Assembly: GCA_964403925.1 (NCBI GenBank)
Contig: CAYOHZ010000004.1
Coordinates: 4,733-68,732, forward strand
Reading direction: 5' to 3'
Length of the DNA: 64,000 bases
Source of the DNA: an uncultured Salinarchaeum sp.
GTDB lineage: Archaea; Halobacteriota; Halobacteria; Halobacteriales; Salinarchaeaceae
Part shown: positions 30,201-38,886 of the stretch, piece by piece
How positions within the stretch are numbered: position 1 is the stretch's first letter
Layout of the letters: every line of letters begins with the position of its first letter
Program-made: the position numbers and the translations under genes
Notes under the pieces: generated by a model
The model's input: the letters and a program-made list of their open reading frames with translations, nothing else
What the model was told of the DNA's origin: nothing
Databases searched by the model: none

Positions 30201-32259
30201 CCCAGTCATGCGGGAGCTCGTAATTGGTATCCTCATCAAGCGCGCCTGCCTCGACAAAGTCCCACTCGGATTCCGTGACACCGTTTGCACTATTTTCTCT
30301 GACAAGCATTCGGTGATGCGGGGTCACTCGGAAGTCGATCTGGTCCGTCTGAATATCGATGAGTTCGCCCCGATACGCTGGGTACTCGTGGGTCTTGCTG
30401 ACCGGCTTGATCTGCACGTCCATTGTCTCCGGATCGATCGAGTAGACGTCGTCCCCGACTGACAACTCGCGGATATTTCGCACGCCCGCAGGCGTTAGGA
30501 CCTCCGTATCTGGAGTAAAGCAGTTCATAATGACCTTCACTGCGGCCTGCTGGCGATCATACTGGCCGTACTCGGGGTCTTCGGGATCGTATTCGTTTCG
30601 GAGTGCCTTCTTTTCCTCGCGTTCTGTTAGCAACTCATCGACCATCTCTCGGATCGCACCATCTGGTTCCTTCCGAAAGCGGGTGCCATTTGGTGCACGG
30701 TACATCTCTTCTTCGTACGTGTCGGGATTGACTTTGGTCTCCGGTGATGCGTTAATTGTTACCATACACATGGGGTAGAGGCTCTTCAAGTCCAGTACGC
30801 TGACATTTTCTCGCACACCGGTTATCGGATCGAAGACGGCCCCACCCTCGTAGTCTTCAGCTTCCTGCGCGCCTTTCGAGGGCAGCGCGAAGTCGTCGTG
30901 AAGCTTATGCAAGACATACATATCGACGGCATCGCCAGGGGTTGTTGCATCCTCAAGCTTGCAGCCAACAAACGAGCGCACCTCGTTCCAAAACGGGATA
31001 ATATCCTGACTACGATTCAACTCGACACATAACTCGACGTCTCGAAGGTTATACTCAAGGAGTTGTTCGGGATCAGCTTCCCAGAGATCACCAATGTCGC
31101 CCGGATATCGCTCTTTCCCGACGCCAAGTTCACGTTCTCCAACGTCATCAAGCCGGTATGAATCTAACTCGGTAAACTTCGTTCGCTGGTAGGCATACAG
31201 GAGATCAAAGACGACTCGTCCTTTGACACTTGGTCCACCCCAGCTTGATCGCCAGACTTCATTCACACGCGAGAGCCGCTCGACAGAGAGATCATACTCC
31301 GTGGTTTCATCGAGTACTTCGAGTCGATCCAGGAGATAGGGCGCGTCAAAATCAGTAAAGTTCCAGCCTGAGAGCACATCGAAATCCTTCTTGTCAATAT
31401 AGTCGATGAGATCGTCGAGCATCGCTGCCTCCTCGGCGAACGATCGAAGCTCAATGTCCGTCCCGTCAGTCAGTGGCTCATACTCAGCGAGTTCGCTTGG
31501 GGTGTCCCCGGTTTGGTCAGGAGCTTCGTACAACCAGCTGACGTATGTCTCCGATCGAGAGTCATGAGCGGTCAGACAAACGATTGGTTCTTCCCCATCC
31601 TCGGGGAACCCTCGCCGGTCATCCACCTCAATATCGAGCATACAGACACGCGGTTCGACGACGAGATCGACCGGTCGGACTTCCTCATGGTTGACAACAA
31701 GTGTTCCATCGTCGTCTCGACGTTCGGGAATCACTATGCCGCTTTGGATGTCTTTGTCGATCAGAAACCGATTTGGAAAGAGGATATCCGCCTCATAATG
31801 CTCGAACTCATCCCTGATTTCTCCGACATCTCGTGGAGTTTGCCCGTAGATCTTGAGGAGTCGTTCGCCGCGGATACTCTCAAAAGGCTGGCCTTTTTCA
31901 TCAGTCTCGTCCCAGCCGGTGATTCGGTCATAGCTCAGTAGCTCCGATTCCTCGACCGAATCGACTGGCGCGTAGAAATACGGTTGAAATCCAGTAACAC
32001 GAACATGTTCAGCGGTTCCCTCCTCAGTTCGTCCGAACACGTGTATGATCGGTTGTTCATCGTCGCCACGGCCGGCAATGGTATAATCGACCTGCGTGAT
32101 CCCGATCTTAACTGCCCCCGTCGGCTCCGGAAGCGCATCCCGTGCTGGATCGACCACACGATCGACAGTATCCGGAGCCGTCCCTGCAACTGCCTCCGCT
32201 TCCGATTCGGGGCGATCGGTCCCAAACTCGCCGAGGGACCGCTGGTCCGGTGATGTCAT
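27235..32259 (-). CDS. polB: family-B DNA polymerase (PolB) precursor containing two inteins
   Basis: 1674 aa. Exo motifs are present (MLDIEV, VLSGWNFTDFDAPYL) along with motif A, LDLKSLYPM. Motif B KVIMN|SLYGV is split by 408 aa. Motif C YGD|TDS is split by 365 aa. The exteins sum to 901 aa. Confidence 0.97.
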   Translation of the reverse strand: MTSPDQRSLGEFGTDRPESEAEAVAGTAPDTVDRVVDPARDALPEPTGAVKIGITQVDYTIAGRGDDEQPIIHVFGRTEEGTAEHVRVTGFQPYFYAPVDSVEESELLSYDRITGWDETDEKGQPFESIRGERLLKIYGQTPRDVGEIRDEFEHYEADILFPNRFLIDKDIQSGIVIPERRDDDGTLVVNHEEVRPVDLVVEPRVCMLDIEVDDRRGFPEDGEEPIVCLTAHDSRSETYVSWLYEAPDQTGDTPSELAEYEPLTDGTDIELRSFAEEAAMLDDLIDYIDKKDFDVLSGWNFTDFDAPYLLDRLEVLDETTEYDLSVERLSRVNEVWRSSWGGPSVKGRVVFDLLYAYQRTKFTELDSYRLDDVGERELGVGKERYPGDIGDLWEADPEQLLEYNLRDVELCVELNRSQDIIPFWNEVRSFVGCKLEDATTPGDAVDMYVLHKLHDDFALPSKGAQEAEDYEGGAVFDPITGVRENVSVLDLKSLYPMCMVTINASPETKVNPDTYEEEMYRAPNGTRFRKEPDGAIREMVDELLTEREEKKALRNEYDPEDPEYGQYDRQQAAVKVIMNCFTPDTEVLTPAGVRNIRELSVGDDVYSIDPETMDVQIKPVSKTHEYPAYRGELIDIQTDQIDFRVTPHHRMLVRENSANGVTESEWDFVEAGALDEDTNYELPHDWDGLEGDPINHVDLTRLLEGQYEVWVRPTVRDQTFTAELGWTPRHEKNQDRGTGGYVFTSEEFETHRDYIDEVAEQTDIHNEPGQTWIPRTYEGDAFIELLAWYITDGSVDTTLPEQFDSGSSTLVQIAQEATLPDGGNTARDAIGELLDELELEYDVTDQSYQITATLLGDVLREQCGDGSDTKRIPDLVFEASDSQKRRFLETLINGDGNRQPNAWRYTTESTQLRDDVLRLCTHIGQTASYEKDSGGWRITCAESAENSFQMHQSGDQSSADSGVYSVTVADNHTLLAGRNGNFQFVGQSLYGVLGWDRFRLYDKEMGAAVTATGRDVIEFTEDVANDLGYEVVYGDSVTGSRPIVVRDPDGTVRIKPIKDLFDRATREQLAIADGGPGRKESGQLDGWQALSVTSDGTPEWRPINRVLRHETDKPVVRLQHPRGESTTTRDHSYMIEQNGTLIEAPPAAVDEPVRVDGLPGVDEIEMIDLYERLTEYAEETTDTQVYADKRGLWTENTTTDTRVKRSISVDSADGTSLLRLLAAYIATGEHSDEGVSITATDQDRLTKLKADYERLVNDGTARLVETDERQRLQLEDSLATVLFGGLCETTTKDKRLPALVFELPETSQQLFYHSVVGDENTFETASRELAGGLSMLLTQQDREHTLAYGDGEYTIQLGEKTAGETASERVAIEHDGYVYDLDVATNDTFVDAVGGVVLHNTDSVMLELGGEIETDAAIEQSFEIEEAINESYDQFAQDRLNAETHRFQIEFEKLYRRFFQAGKKKRYAGNVVWKEGKDVDDIDITGFEYQRSDIAPLTKEVQHEVIERIVYGEDLDAITSYLHAVIEEVLAGEVDPEEIAIPGGIGKRLDNYDTDTAQVRGARYANRLLGTNFGRGSKPKRIYLKKVHPEFFQQIEAEQGLDPQSDGVYREFKRDPDVICFEYADQLPEEFQIDWEKMLEKTLKGPIERILEALGISWDEVRSGQEQTGLGQFM
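28060..29154 (-). mobile_element. intein 2 in PolB motif C (pol-c site)
   Basis: Spans aa 1036-1400. It starts with Ser (SVTGSRPIVV), has block B TRDH, and ends VVLHN followed by the extein TDS. The central region has only weak LAGLIDADG-like motifs (LLAAYIATGEH; FYHSVVGDEN). Confidence 0.9.
29299..30522 (-). mobile_element. intein 1 in PolB motif B (pol-b site) with a LAGLIDADG homing endonuclease domain
   Basis: Spans aa 580-987. It starts with Cys (CFTPDTEVL), has block B TPHH, and has LAGLIDADG-like motifs LLAWYITDGS and FLETLINGDGN. Block F is VYSVTVADNHTLLA. It ends ...NFQFVGQ and is followed by the extein Ser of SLYGV. The codons at both junctions were checked in the DNA. Confidence 0.9.
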
Positions 32260-32301
32260 GCTCAGAACCTGGCCCCCCGATTAAAAAAGGCACATGGTTG
32301 C

Positions 32302-32940
32302 TCACGCTTGTGGCTCGGCGATGATTGCCAGATGGTCCTCGTGAAATGGCTCCAAGCGGGCTGTCGTACCAAGTGTGAACTCCGTCTGTAAGGTCTCTTT
32401 TGCCTGTGTGAAGATTGTCTCCGGAGACGCCGTGACGTCTTCGCTCCGGGCTTTCAGGGCCATCACAAGCCGTCCATCCGGCGCGAGAAACTGGCGGTTT
32501 CGGCGGGCAATCTCGGCCTGCCCTCGGGTTGCAACATCTTGGATGAGCACGTCCACTCCGGTTTCGACGATATGTGCGTAGGTCTCCGGTTTCCGTGCGT
32601 CCTTTAACAACGGCATGAGGTTCGGTCGATCCGCTGCGACTGTCAACAGATCCCGCGTGGGTCGGGGTGCAAATTCGATCGCGTAGGTCGGGCCAGCAAA
32701 ATCCGCCACATGGCTGACTGTTGTCCCGTTTGCTGCACCCAGATACAGGATCGTCTGGTCAGCGGCAAGTCCAGTTGGGAGGCCCTTTTCCAGCATCGCG
32801 CCGACTTTTGACCGGCGGGGATCCCAGCGTCGCCACGACCCATCCGTTGGCTCGCCGTATACCGGCGTTCCACGGGTCGCAAGGAGCTGGTCATCGCCGA
32901 AGGTATGATACGCAACGCCATCCGGGAGCTCCGGTGTCAT
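32302..32940 (-). CDS. flpA: fibrillarin-like rRNA/tRNA 2'-O-methyltransferase
   Basis: 212 aa with motifs RSKVGAML, LYLGAANGTTVSHVADF and VLIQDVA. It is coupled (ATGA) to nop5 upstream. Confidence 0.93.
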   Translation of the reverse strand: MTPELPDGVAYHTFGDDQLLATRGTPVYGEPTDGSWRRWDPRRSKVGAMLEKGLPTGLAADQTILYLGAANGTTVSHVADFAGPTYAIEFAPRPTRDLLTVAADRPNLMPLLKDARKPETYAHIVETGVDVLIQDVATRGQAEIARRNRQFLAPDGRLVMALKARSEDVTASPETIFTQAKETLQTEFTLGTTARLEPFHEDHLAIIAEPQA

Positions 32941-33773
32941 GCTGTCCCCTCCCGTTGTTGGATGGTTTCGATCCGCTCTGCGAGCTCGGCTTCTAACTTT
33001 GGCCGACGATCACCTGCATAGTGATCGATGCGTGCAGCGATGGTCAGTTTTCCGGCGAGTGCCCGCGCTGCTGAGCCACGATGGTCGGGATGGGTGCCTT
33101 GAATTGCCTCATGCGTGTAGATCACGCCGTGTTTCGGCGAGGGGGCGTTGCCACGGAGATGTGCAAACAACGCGTCCTCAGCACCAAGCACTTGAACAGT
33201 ACTGGATGGCAACTTCGCGAGTGCGTCGAGTCCACCGGCAAGTTCGATCAGCCGGGCCGCCAGGATCGGCCCAGCAAGCGCCGTCAGATTGGGGGCCACT
33301 GATGGTGCCTGTTGTTCGATCGCCGCGGTTAATTCGTCGGCTTCTGTCCTGAGATCGACACAGCGGATTGCAAGTGATTGGAGCCGAGAGTCTGTGCTCT
33401 CGATGTCACCAGTCGCGATCGCCTGTGCATACTCAACGCCAGTCCCTGTCTCCGGAAGCCGGCTGCCACCCCATTCGCTTACCCGTTCGGCCAACTCGTT
33501 GGCGTGCCGTACACAGTCGTCTCTGGCCCGGAGAAGATGCATTAACTGCTGGTCATCCGCCCGTTCGCGGCGCGTGACGGCGTGGTCAGTTGCTGTTGTC
33601 GTAGCGTCATGAAGTCGCTGGTAGTATTCGTCTTCGTTTTCGACAACGCCGGCCTCGATTGCACGGTGGGGCCAGTCATCCGGCTTGTCAGCGCGTCCGT
33701 CGATAATCGTTTGCGTGACAGCAGCTGGATCATCGAGATCGATCCCCTCAAACCAGCCATCACTGTCGGTCAT
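32937..33773 (-). CDS. nop5: C/D box sRNP protein Nop5 (Nop56/58 family)
   Basis: The Nop domain reads LAGPILAARLIELAGGLDALAKLPSSTVQVLGAEDALFAHL...PKHGVIY. Confidence 0.9.
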   Translation of the reverse strand: MTDSDGWFEGIDLDDPAAVTQTIIDGRADKPDDWPHRAIEAGVVENEDEYYQRLHDATTTATDHAVTRRERADDQQLMHLLRARDDCVRHANELAERVSEWGGSRLPETGTGVEYAQAIATGDIESTDSRLQSLAIRCVDLRTEADELTAAIEQQAPSVAPNLTALAGPILAARLIELAGGLDALAKLPSSTVQVLGAEDALFAHLRGNAPSPKHGVIYTHEAIQGTHPDHRGSAARALAGKLTIAARIDHYAGDRRPKLEAELAERIETIQQREGTA

Positions 33774-33853
33774 ACGTGGCCGTTAACGGTCGGTCCCTAT
33801 ATCGGTTCGTATCCAACCGGACGGCTTAACGCTATCCGGACCGTAAGTATGCT

Positions 33854-34210
33854 ATGTTACTTGTTCGTGGCCGTGCTGGTGGGACAGCGTTGACTGGGAC
33901 TCTCTATGAACGCGATGAGCAGCCGCCATCCTTCGCTGGCGTCCCTGAGGCAACACAGCCGTATGTCTGGTTGTGCGATTCCTTCTATGAAGTCGATAGC
34001 GGCGGTACAACCCAGGAGATCGACGGTCGCGAGATTAACGTTGCCTTTGAACCACCGTTTCCACAGGGGTTTCAAACACGCCAGGCAGCCATCAAAGCCG
34101 CAAAAGAGCACCTCCGGACGCAGTTTGCTCGAATCGGTGTTGATCCTGCCACCGTCACGATCGAGACTGATCCGGTTGACGCGGCGGATTCGGTCCCGTC
34201 GCCGGCCTGA
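33854..34210 (+). CDS. conserved hypothetical protein
   Basis: 118-aa acidic ORF with an ATG start. No motif recognised. Confidence 0.45.
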   Translation: MLLVRGRAGGTALTGTLYERDEQPPSFAGVPEATQPYVWLCDSFYEVDSGGTTQEIDGREINVAFEPPFPQGFQTRQAAIKAAKEHLRTQFARIGVDPATVTIETDPVDAADSVPSPA

Positions 34211-35491
34211 TCAGTCACCAGTGGGGGACTCCCCCCACCGGTGGTCATCGTAGGTCCGGTGTGGGTCCGTCTCGAAGGCGTCTGCAAGTGCCTCCCTGAG
34301 TGCACTCGTCTGGGTGCGACTGATGCCTGCGAGTTCGTCTGCTTTCTGCACCGGTTCTGGCGGCCCTCGTTGTGCAGCAACCTCGCTCAGAATCCATTGT
34401 GTGAGTTCTTCTCTGGCCTGTGTTTTTCGGGTGATCCCATATGGTGCTTCGATCCGGTAGAGCAGATCAGTCCGGGGATCATACACCATGAAAAACGTCA
34501 CTTCATACACTGTTGGCGCATGTTGTCGGTCGATTCCAAACGGTTCGGAGACGATCAGCCGATCCGCACCGCCACGTGATCGGAACCAGTTTGTATACGT
34601 TAGCTGATCAGTTCGCCGAGTGCGTTCAAGAATCGGCTCGCCGTCCTCGTCGACAGTCCGATCGTAATCGACGCGTTCAAGCAACCGTATGAAAAACCCG
34701 GTATCATCAACCCAGGGGGTCGCGATTCGGTCACCAAGTGCCCGTGTGAGTGCTTTTGTTGACGGATTTTTTACGAAGCCAAGCAATGAGCGATCGGTCT
34801 CAACGAACCGTTCAACGAGTCGAAGATACTGTTCGATCACGTCTTGTGGTCCCTGGCTCTCATAGAGTAGATCTTCAAGGGTCTGTGACCGATCAGCCCA
34901 GTTTAACATTCCCTTCGGATAGATCGGGCCATCGAGAACAAACAGCTCATCGACGCTGTCTGCATGCGCTAATGCGTGTGTGCTCTCAGCGATATATAAT
35001 GCGAGTTCGTGCACGACACTTTCCTCGAACTGTGGCACCGGTGGAGCCGACAGCAATCGGCTGTAGACATACCCCGCATCAAGCTGTTCGTCACGATCAA
35101 CGATTCCCGTCGGGTCATCGGTATGGACGGCTGTGATAAGCGTCCGTTCCCGGTGAAGTTCTAGATCCGATGGAACGGCTGCCATCGCTGCTTGGGCGAC
35201 ATCCAACACCAGCCCATTTTTGAATGCCGTCGGGTTGATTGTCCCCGAATCGAGCCCATGGACTGTCTCATACGGTGTTGCTTGCAGTGCTGCTGTCTCG
35301 ATCTCGATTTCATGGAGTTGTTGGTCCCCAATCGGTTCGAGGACGGTCCGTCCATCGGGATCAACCAGCGGATCTAAAAACTCCTGCCAGACCTGCTTGG
35401 CAAGCTGTTGTTGATCGCGCTCGTCAACAATTGCGCCGATCCGGTCGGCATGACGCGTGACGCCCTCGAAGTGCACCGGATCGAAGGTCAT
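34211..35491 (-). CDS. nurA: NurA-domain nuclease (DNA double-strand break repair nuclease NurA-like)
   Basis: 426 aa. The N-terminal region ...[28 protein letters not shown]... matches my recollection of haloarchaeal NurA annotations. No alignment was run. Confidence 0.6.
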   Translation of the reverse strand: MTFDPVHFEGVTRHADRIGAIVDERDQQQLAKQVWQEFLDPLVDPDGRTVLEPIGDQQLHEIEIETAALQATPYETVHGLDSGTINPTAFKNGLVLDVAQAAMAAVPSDLELHRERTLITAVHTDDPTGIVDRDEQLDAGYVYSRLLSAPPVPQFEESVVHELALYIAESTHALAHADSVDELFVLDGPIYPKGMLNWADRSQTLEDLLYESQGPQDVIEQYLRLVERFVETDRSLLGFVKNPSTKALTRALGDRIATPWVDDTGFFIRLLERVDYDRTVDEDGEPILERTRRTDQLTYTNWFRSRGGADRLIVSEPFGIDRQHAPTVYEVTFFMVYDPRTDLLYRIEAPYGITRKTQAREELTQWILSEVAAQRGPPEPVQKADELAGISRTQTSALREALADAFETDPHRTYDDHRWGESPTGD

Positions 35492-35530
35492 GTTGCATAG
35501 ACGGCTACCGGTCGGTAAAAACCCGCCGGG

Positions 35531-35659
35531 TCAGCGACTGAGGATATCCCCACGGCTGAACTCCGTCCCACATGCGGTACAGCGATACGTGTCAATCCCG
35601 AGCTTCTCGATCGCACGCTGTTCGCCACAGTCCGGACAGACGATATTTTGGACTGCCAT
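35531..35659 (-). CDS. 42-aa zinc-ribbon small protein
   Basis: [42 protein letters not shown]. It has a CPxC...CxxC pair, an ATG start and a TGA stop. It is below the ORF-track length cutoff and lies in the gap between nurA and tsr3. Confidence 0.65.
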   Translation of the reverse strand: MAVQNIVCPDCGEQRAIEKLGIDTYRCTACGTEFSRGDILSR

Positions 35660-35741
35660 CATCAATCATACGTGCCCGTATCATAAGAGTCCGGCTCCTG
35701 CAAGCGATGTCGTTTTTTCGGTCCCCCCTGATTATGTTCGT

Positions 35742-36248
35742 GTGGAGCTACACATTCGGTATGAGGGTGACGATGATCCTGAGAAGTGTACTGCTCGGAA
35801 GCTTGCCCGCCTTGGGTATGCGGACCTCCATCGATCTGCACAGGCAACGCCGCATGGGATCGTTCTGGATCCGTACGCGGAGCAGGCACTCTCACCCGCC
35901 GACCGTGACCGTGCCTCCCGGCTTATCGCGTTAGACTGCTCGTGGGAAACTGCGACTGCCGAACGATATGATTTTTCAGGGCCACGCCGAGCGCTCCCCT
36001 TTCTCGTCGCCACTAATCCGATCAATTATGGGACTCCGTTTCAGTTGACGACCGTGGAGGCGCTTGCTGGAGCGCTCGTTATCCTTGGTGAACGTGACCA
36101 TGCCGAAGAGATTTTAGCGCCGTTTTCTTGGGGCGAGACCTTCCTTGAGTACAACGCAGAGCCATTGCATCGGTACGCTGCTTGTTCGGATTCGACGGAG
36201 GTTGTTGCGGTACAGGAGGACTATCTGGCGGCAGACGAAACTAATTAA
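35742..36248 (+). CDS. tsr3: 16S rRNA aminocarboxypropyltransferase Tsr3 (DUF367)
   Basis: [25 protein letters not shown]...LIALDCSW...[32 protein letters not shown] start at 35742 is inferred. The longer ORF would overlap nurA and the zinc-ribbon gene. Confidence 0.8.
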   Translation: MELHIRYEGDDDPEKCTARKLARLGYADLHRSAQATPHGIVLDPYAEQALSPADRDRASRLIALDCSWETATAERYDFSGPRRALPFLVATNPINYGTPFQLTTVEALAGALVILGERDHAEEILAPFSWGETFLEYNAEPLHRYAACSDSTEVVAVQEDYLAADETN

Positions 36249-36252
36249 CCAC

Positions 36253-38886
36253 ATGGAAGTGCCCACTACGGGTATGGACGATCCGGCACTGGGTCCTCCG
36301 GACAAAATGGACCAGCGCAGCGATGAGCTCACCCCGATGCTCTCGCAGTACTATGAGCTGGCCACAGAGTATGACGATCACTTACTCTTGTTTCAGGTTG
36401 GGGACTTCTATGAGGCGTTCTGTGAGGCCGCTGAAACCCTGTCACGATTGCTTGAAATCACACTCACACAGCGAGAAGACAGCACAGGTACCTATGCGAT
36501 GGCTGGTATTCCGATCGATAACGCCGAATCGTATCTTGACACGCTGTTGGATGCTGGCTATCGAATCGCGATTGCCGACCAGGTGCAGGATCCTGATGCC
36601 GTCAGCGGCGTCGTCGAGCGCGCTGTCACCCGTATCATCACGCCGGGGATGGTCACTGAATCCGAGCTGTTAGCTGATGAAACACATCGGTTTGTCGCCT
36701 CTCTTACCCGTGTCAATGACACCTATGGCGTTGCGTTTCTCGACGTATCAACGGGTGAGTTCATTGCGACAAGCAGCGACAATCGACAAACGATCGTGGA
36801 TGAGCTTGACCGGTTTGATCCGGTTGAGATGATTTCGGATCTCGATGACTCAACGCTGTTTACCGACCGCGAGCGCTCACAATACGACTCTGCGGCATTC
36901 AGCCCCGAGCAGTCACACGGCCGTGTTGAGGCGTATTTCGGCCCAATCGAGCGACTGGCTACCACGTCAGCAGAGATCAGAGCCAGCGGTGCCTTACTTT
37001 CGTATGCAGAATATACCCGGGGCGGCCGTCCAGCGGCAGCTGGGACTGTTGCGGAAGCCGTTTCGGCTCCCGTCCCCAACGCGGATGCTCCGCCACGGCT
37101 GTCATACATCACCCAGCTTCGCCGGTACGATCCCCGGGAATACATGCTCTTAGACTCGGTTGCCCTCCAGAGTCTGGAATTGTTTGACCGTCGAGATGTG
37201 CGGGGCGCTGATGATGCAACCCTCTTCGCGGTTATCGATGAGACGGTGACTGCCCTCGGTCGTCGACGGCTGACCGAATGGCTTCGTCGTCCGCTGTTGG
37301 ATCGGTCCCGGATCGAGGAGCGTCATGATGCTGTCGAAGCACTGGTCACTGGCGTACAGCCCCGAGAGACGGTTCGAGAAGAACTTGAAGCCGTCTATGA
37401 TATCCAGCGGTTGGTGGCTCGTATCTCTCGAGGGCGAGCTGACGCTCGGGATCTCCGATCGCTTGTCACGACTCTAGCGACGATCCCACGGCTCCGACAG
37501 GCGATCAGTGAGATTGATGCACTTGCCTCACTTCGGTCTGAGCTTGATCCGCTCACTGATCTTCGTACTTTGATCGATGACGCGATCCGTGAGGACCCAC
37601 CAACGGAACTCACTGAGGGCGGTCTCATCAAGGATGGGTACGATGCGGAACTCGATCGGCTCCGTCAGATCAAACGTGACGGGAAAGCGTGGATCGACTC
37701 CTTAGAAGCGACCGAACGCGACCGAACCGGTATTGACTCTCTGAAAGTCGGTCACAATGAGGTTCATGGCTACTATATCGAAGTGACTGACCCAAATCTC
37801 GATGCTGTTCCGGATACTTATCAGCGCCGCCAGACGCTAAAAAACGCTGAACGCTTCGTGACCCCGGAACTCAAAGAGCGTGAGACGGAGCTCATGCAAG
37901 CTGCAACCCGGGCCGATGAGCTTGAGTATGACCTGTTTCGAGAAGTGCGCGCTGAGATCGCGACTGCGACTGAACAGCTCCAGAGCGTTGCCGATGCGCT
38001 TGCGAAGCTTGACGCACTTGCTGCCTTGGCGACTCTCGCGGCGACGCGCAACTATACCCGCCCGGAGCTTCTCCCCTCGACAGCTGAACCAACACTCGAA
38101 ATCGAGGACGGTCGTCATCCGATCGTCGAGAGTCGTCAAGAGTCGTTTGTCCCCAACGATACACACCTTGACCGATCCAGACAACTTGCTGTCATTACTG
38201 GACCGAATATGAGCGGGAAATCGACCTATATGCGACAGGTCGCAGTACTTGTTGTGCTCGCCCAAGCCGGTAGTTTTGTTCCGGCAACGGCTGCCCGCAT
38301 AACGCCTATCCAACGGATCTTCACCCGTGTTGGCGCGAATGATGATATCGCTGGGGGACGATCGACGTTCATGATCGAGATGCTCGAACTCGCGGCGATC
38401 CTTCGACACGCCGATGACCGCTCACTCGTGTTGCTTGATGAAGTCGGGCGGGGGACAAGCACCACTGATGGGCTGGCAATCGCTCGCGCAATTACTGAGT
38501 ATATCCATGACCAGCTTAAGGCCCCAACGCTGTTTGCGACTCATCATCACGAACTGACTGACACTGCTGTTGCACTTGACCGTGCGTTTAACCTCCATTT
38601 TGAGGCCGAAGAAACCGATGATTCGGTCTCCTTCTCACATGACCTTCAGCGTGGTGCTGGCACCGCCTCCTACGGCATCGAAGTCGCCAAAGAGGCTGGC
38701 GTCCCGCCAACCGTCGTTGAGCGTGCCCGATCGCTGTTGACTGAGTCCCACTCGCAGTCACCGACGCCACCAAGTGACCAGCAGGCCGTTCTCGATCGGC
38801 TTCGAGCTGCTGATGTTGCACATATGACCCCCGTTGAGGCACTAAACGAACTGGCAGCATTACAGACGCAGCTTGAGGACTCCTAA
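36253..38886 (+). CDS. mutS: DNA mismatch repair protein MutS
   Basis: Mismatch-binding N-terminus TPMLSQYYEL...LLLFQVGDFYEAF. Walker A ITGPNMSGKSTYMRQ. Also STFMIEM and LLDEVGRGTST. The ATG at 36253 lies directly after the tsr3 stop. Confidence 0.95.
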   Translation: MEVPTTGMDDPALGPPDKMDQRSDELTPMLSQYYELATEYDDHLLLFQVGDFYEAFCEAAETLSRLLEITLTQREDSTGTYAMAGIPIDNAESYLDTLLDAGYRIAIADQVQDPDAVSGVVERAVTRIITPGMVTESELLADETHRFVASLTRVNDTYGVAFLDVSTGEFIATSSDNRQTIVDELDRFDPVEMISDLDDSTLFTDRERSQYDSAAFSPEQSHGRVEAYFGPIERLATTSAEIRASGALLSYAEYTRGGRPAAAGTVAEAVSAPVPNADAPPRLSYITQLRRYDPREYMLLDSVALQSLELFDRRDVRGADDATLFAVIDETVTALGRRRLTEWLRRPLLDRSRIEERHDAVEALVTGVQPRETVREELEAVYDIQRLVARISRGRADARDLRSLVTTLATIPRLRQAISEIDALASLRSELDPLTDLRTLIDDAIREDPPTELTEGGLIKDGYDAELDRLRQIKRDGKAWIDSLEATERDRTGIDSLKVGHNEVHGYYIEVTDPNLDAVPDTYQRRQTLKNAERFVTPELKERETELMQAATRADELEYDLFREVRAEIATATEQLQSVADALAKLDALAALATLAATRNYTRPELLPSTAEPTLEIEDGRHPIVESRQESFVPNDTHLDRSRQLAVITGPNMSGKSTYMRQVAVLVVLAQAGSFVPATAARITPIQRIFTRVGANDDIAGGRSTFMIEMLELAAILRHADDRSLVLLDEVGRGTSTTDGLAIARAITEYIHDQLKAPTLFATHHHELTDTAVALDRAFNLHFEAEETDDSVSFSHDLQRGAGTASYGIEVAKEAGVPPTVVERARSLLTESHSQSPTPPSDQQAVLDRLRAADVAHMTPVEALNELAALQTQLEDS

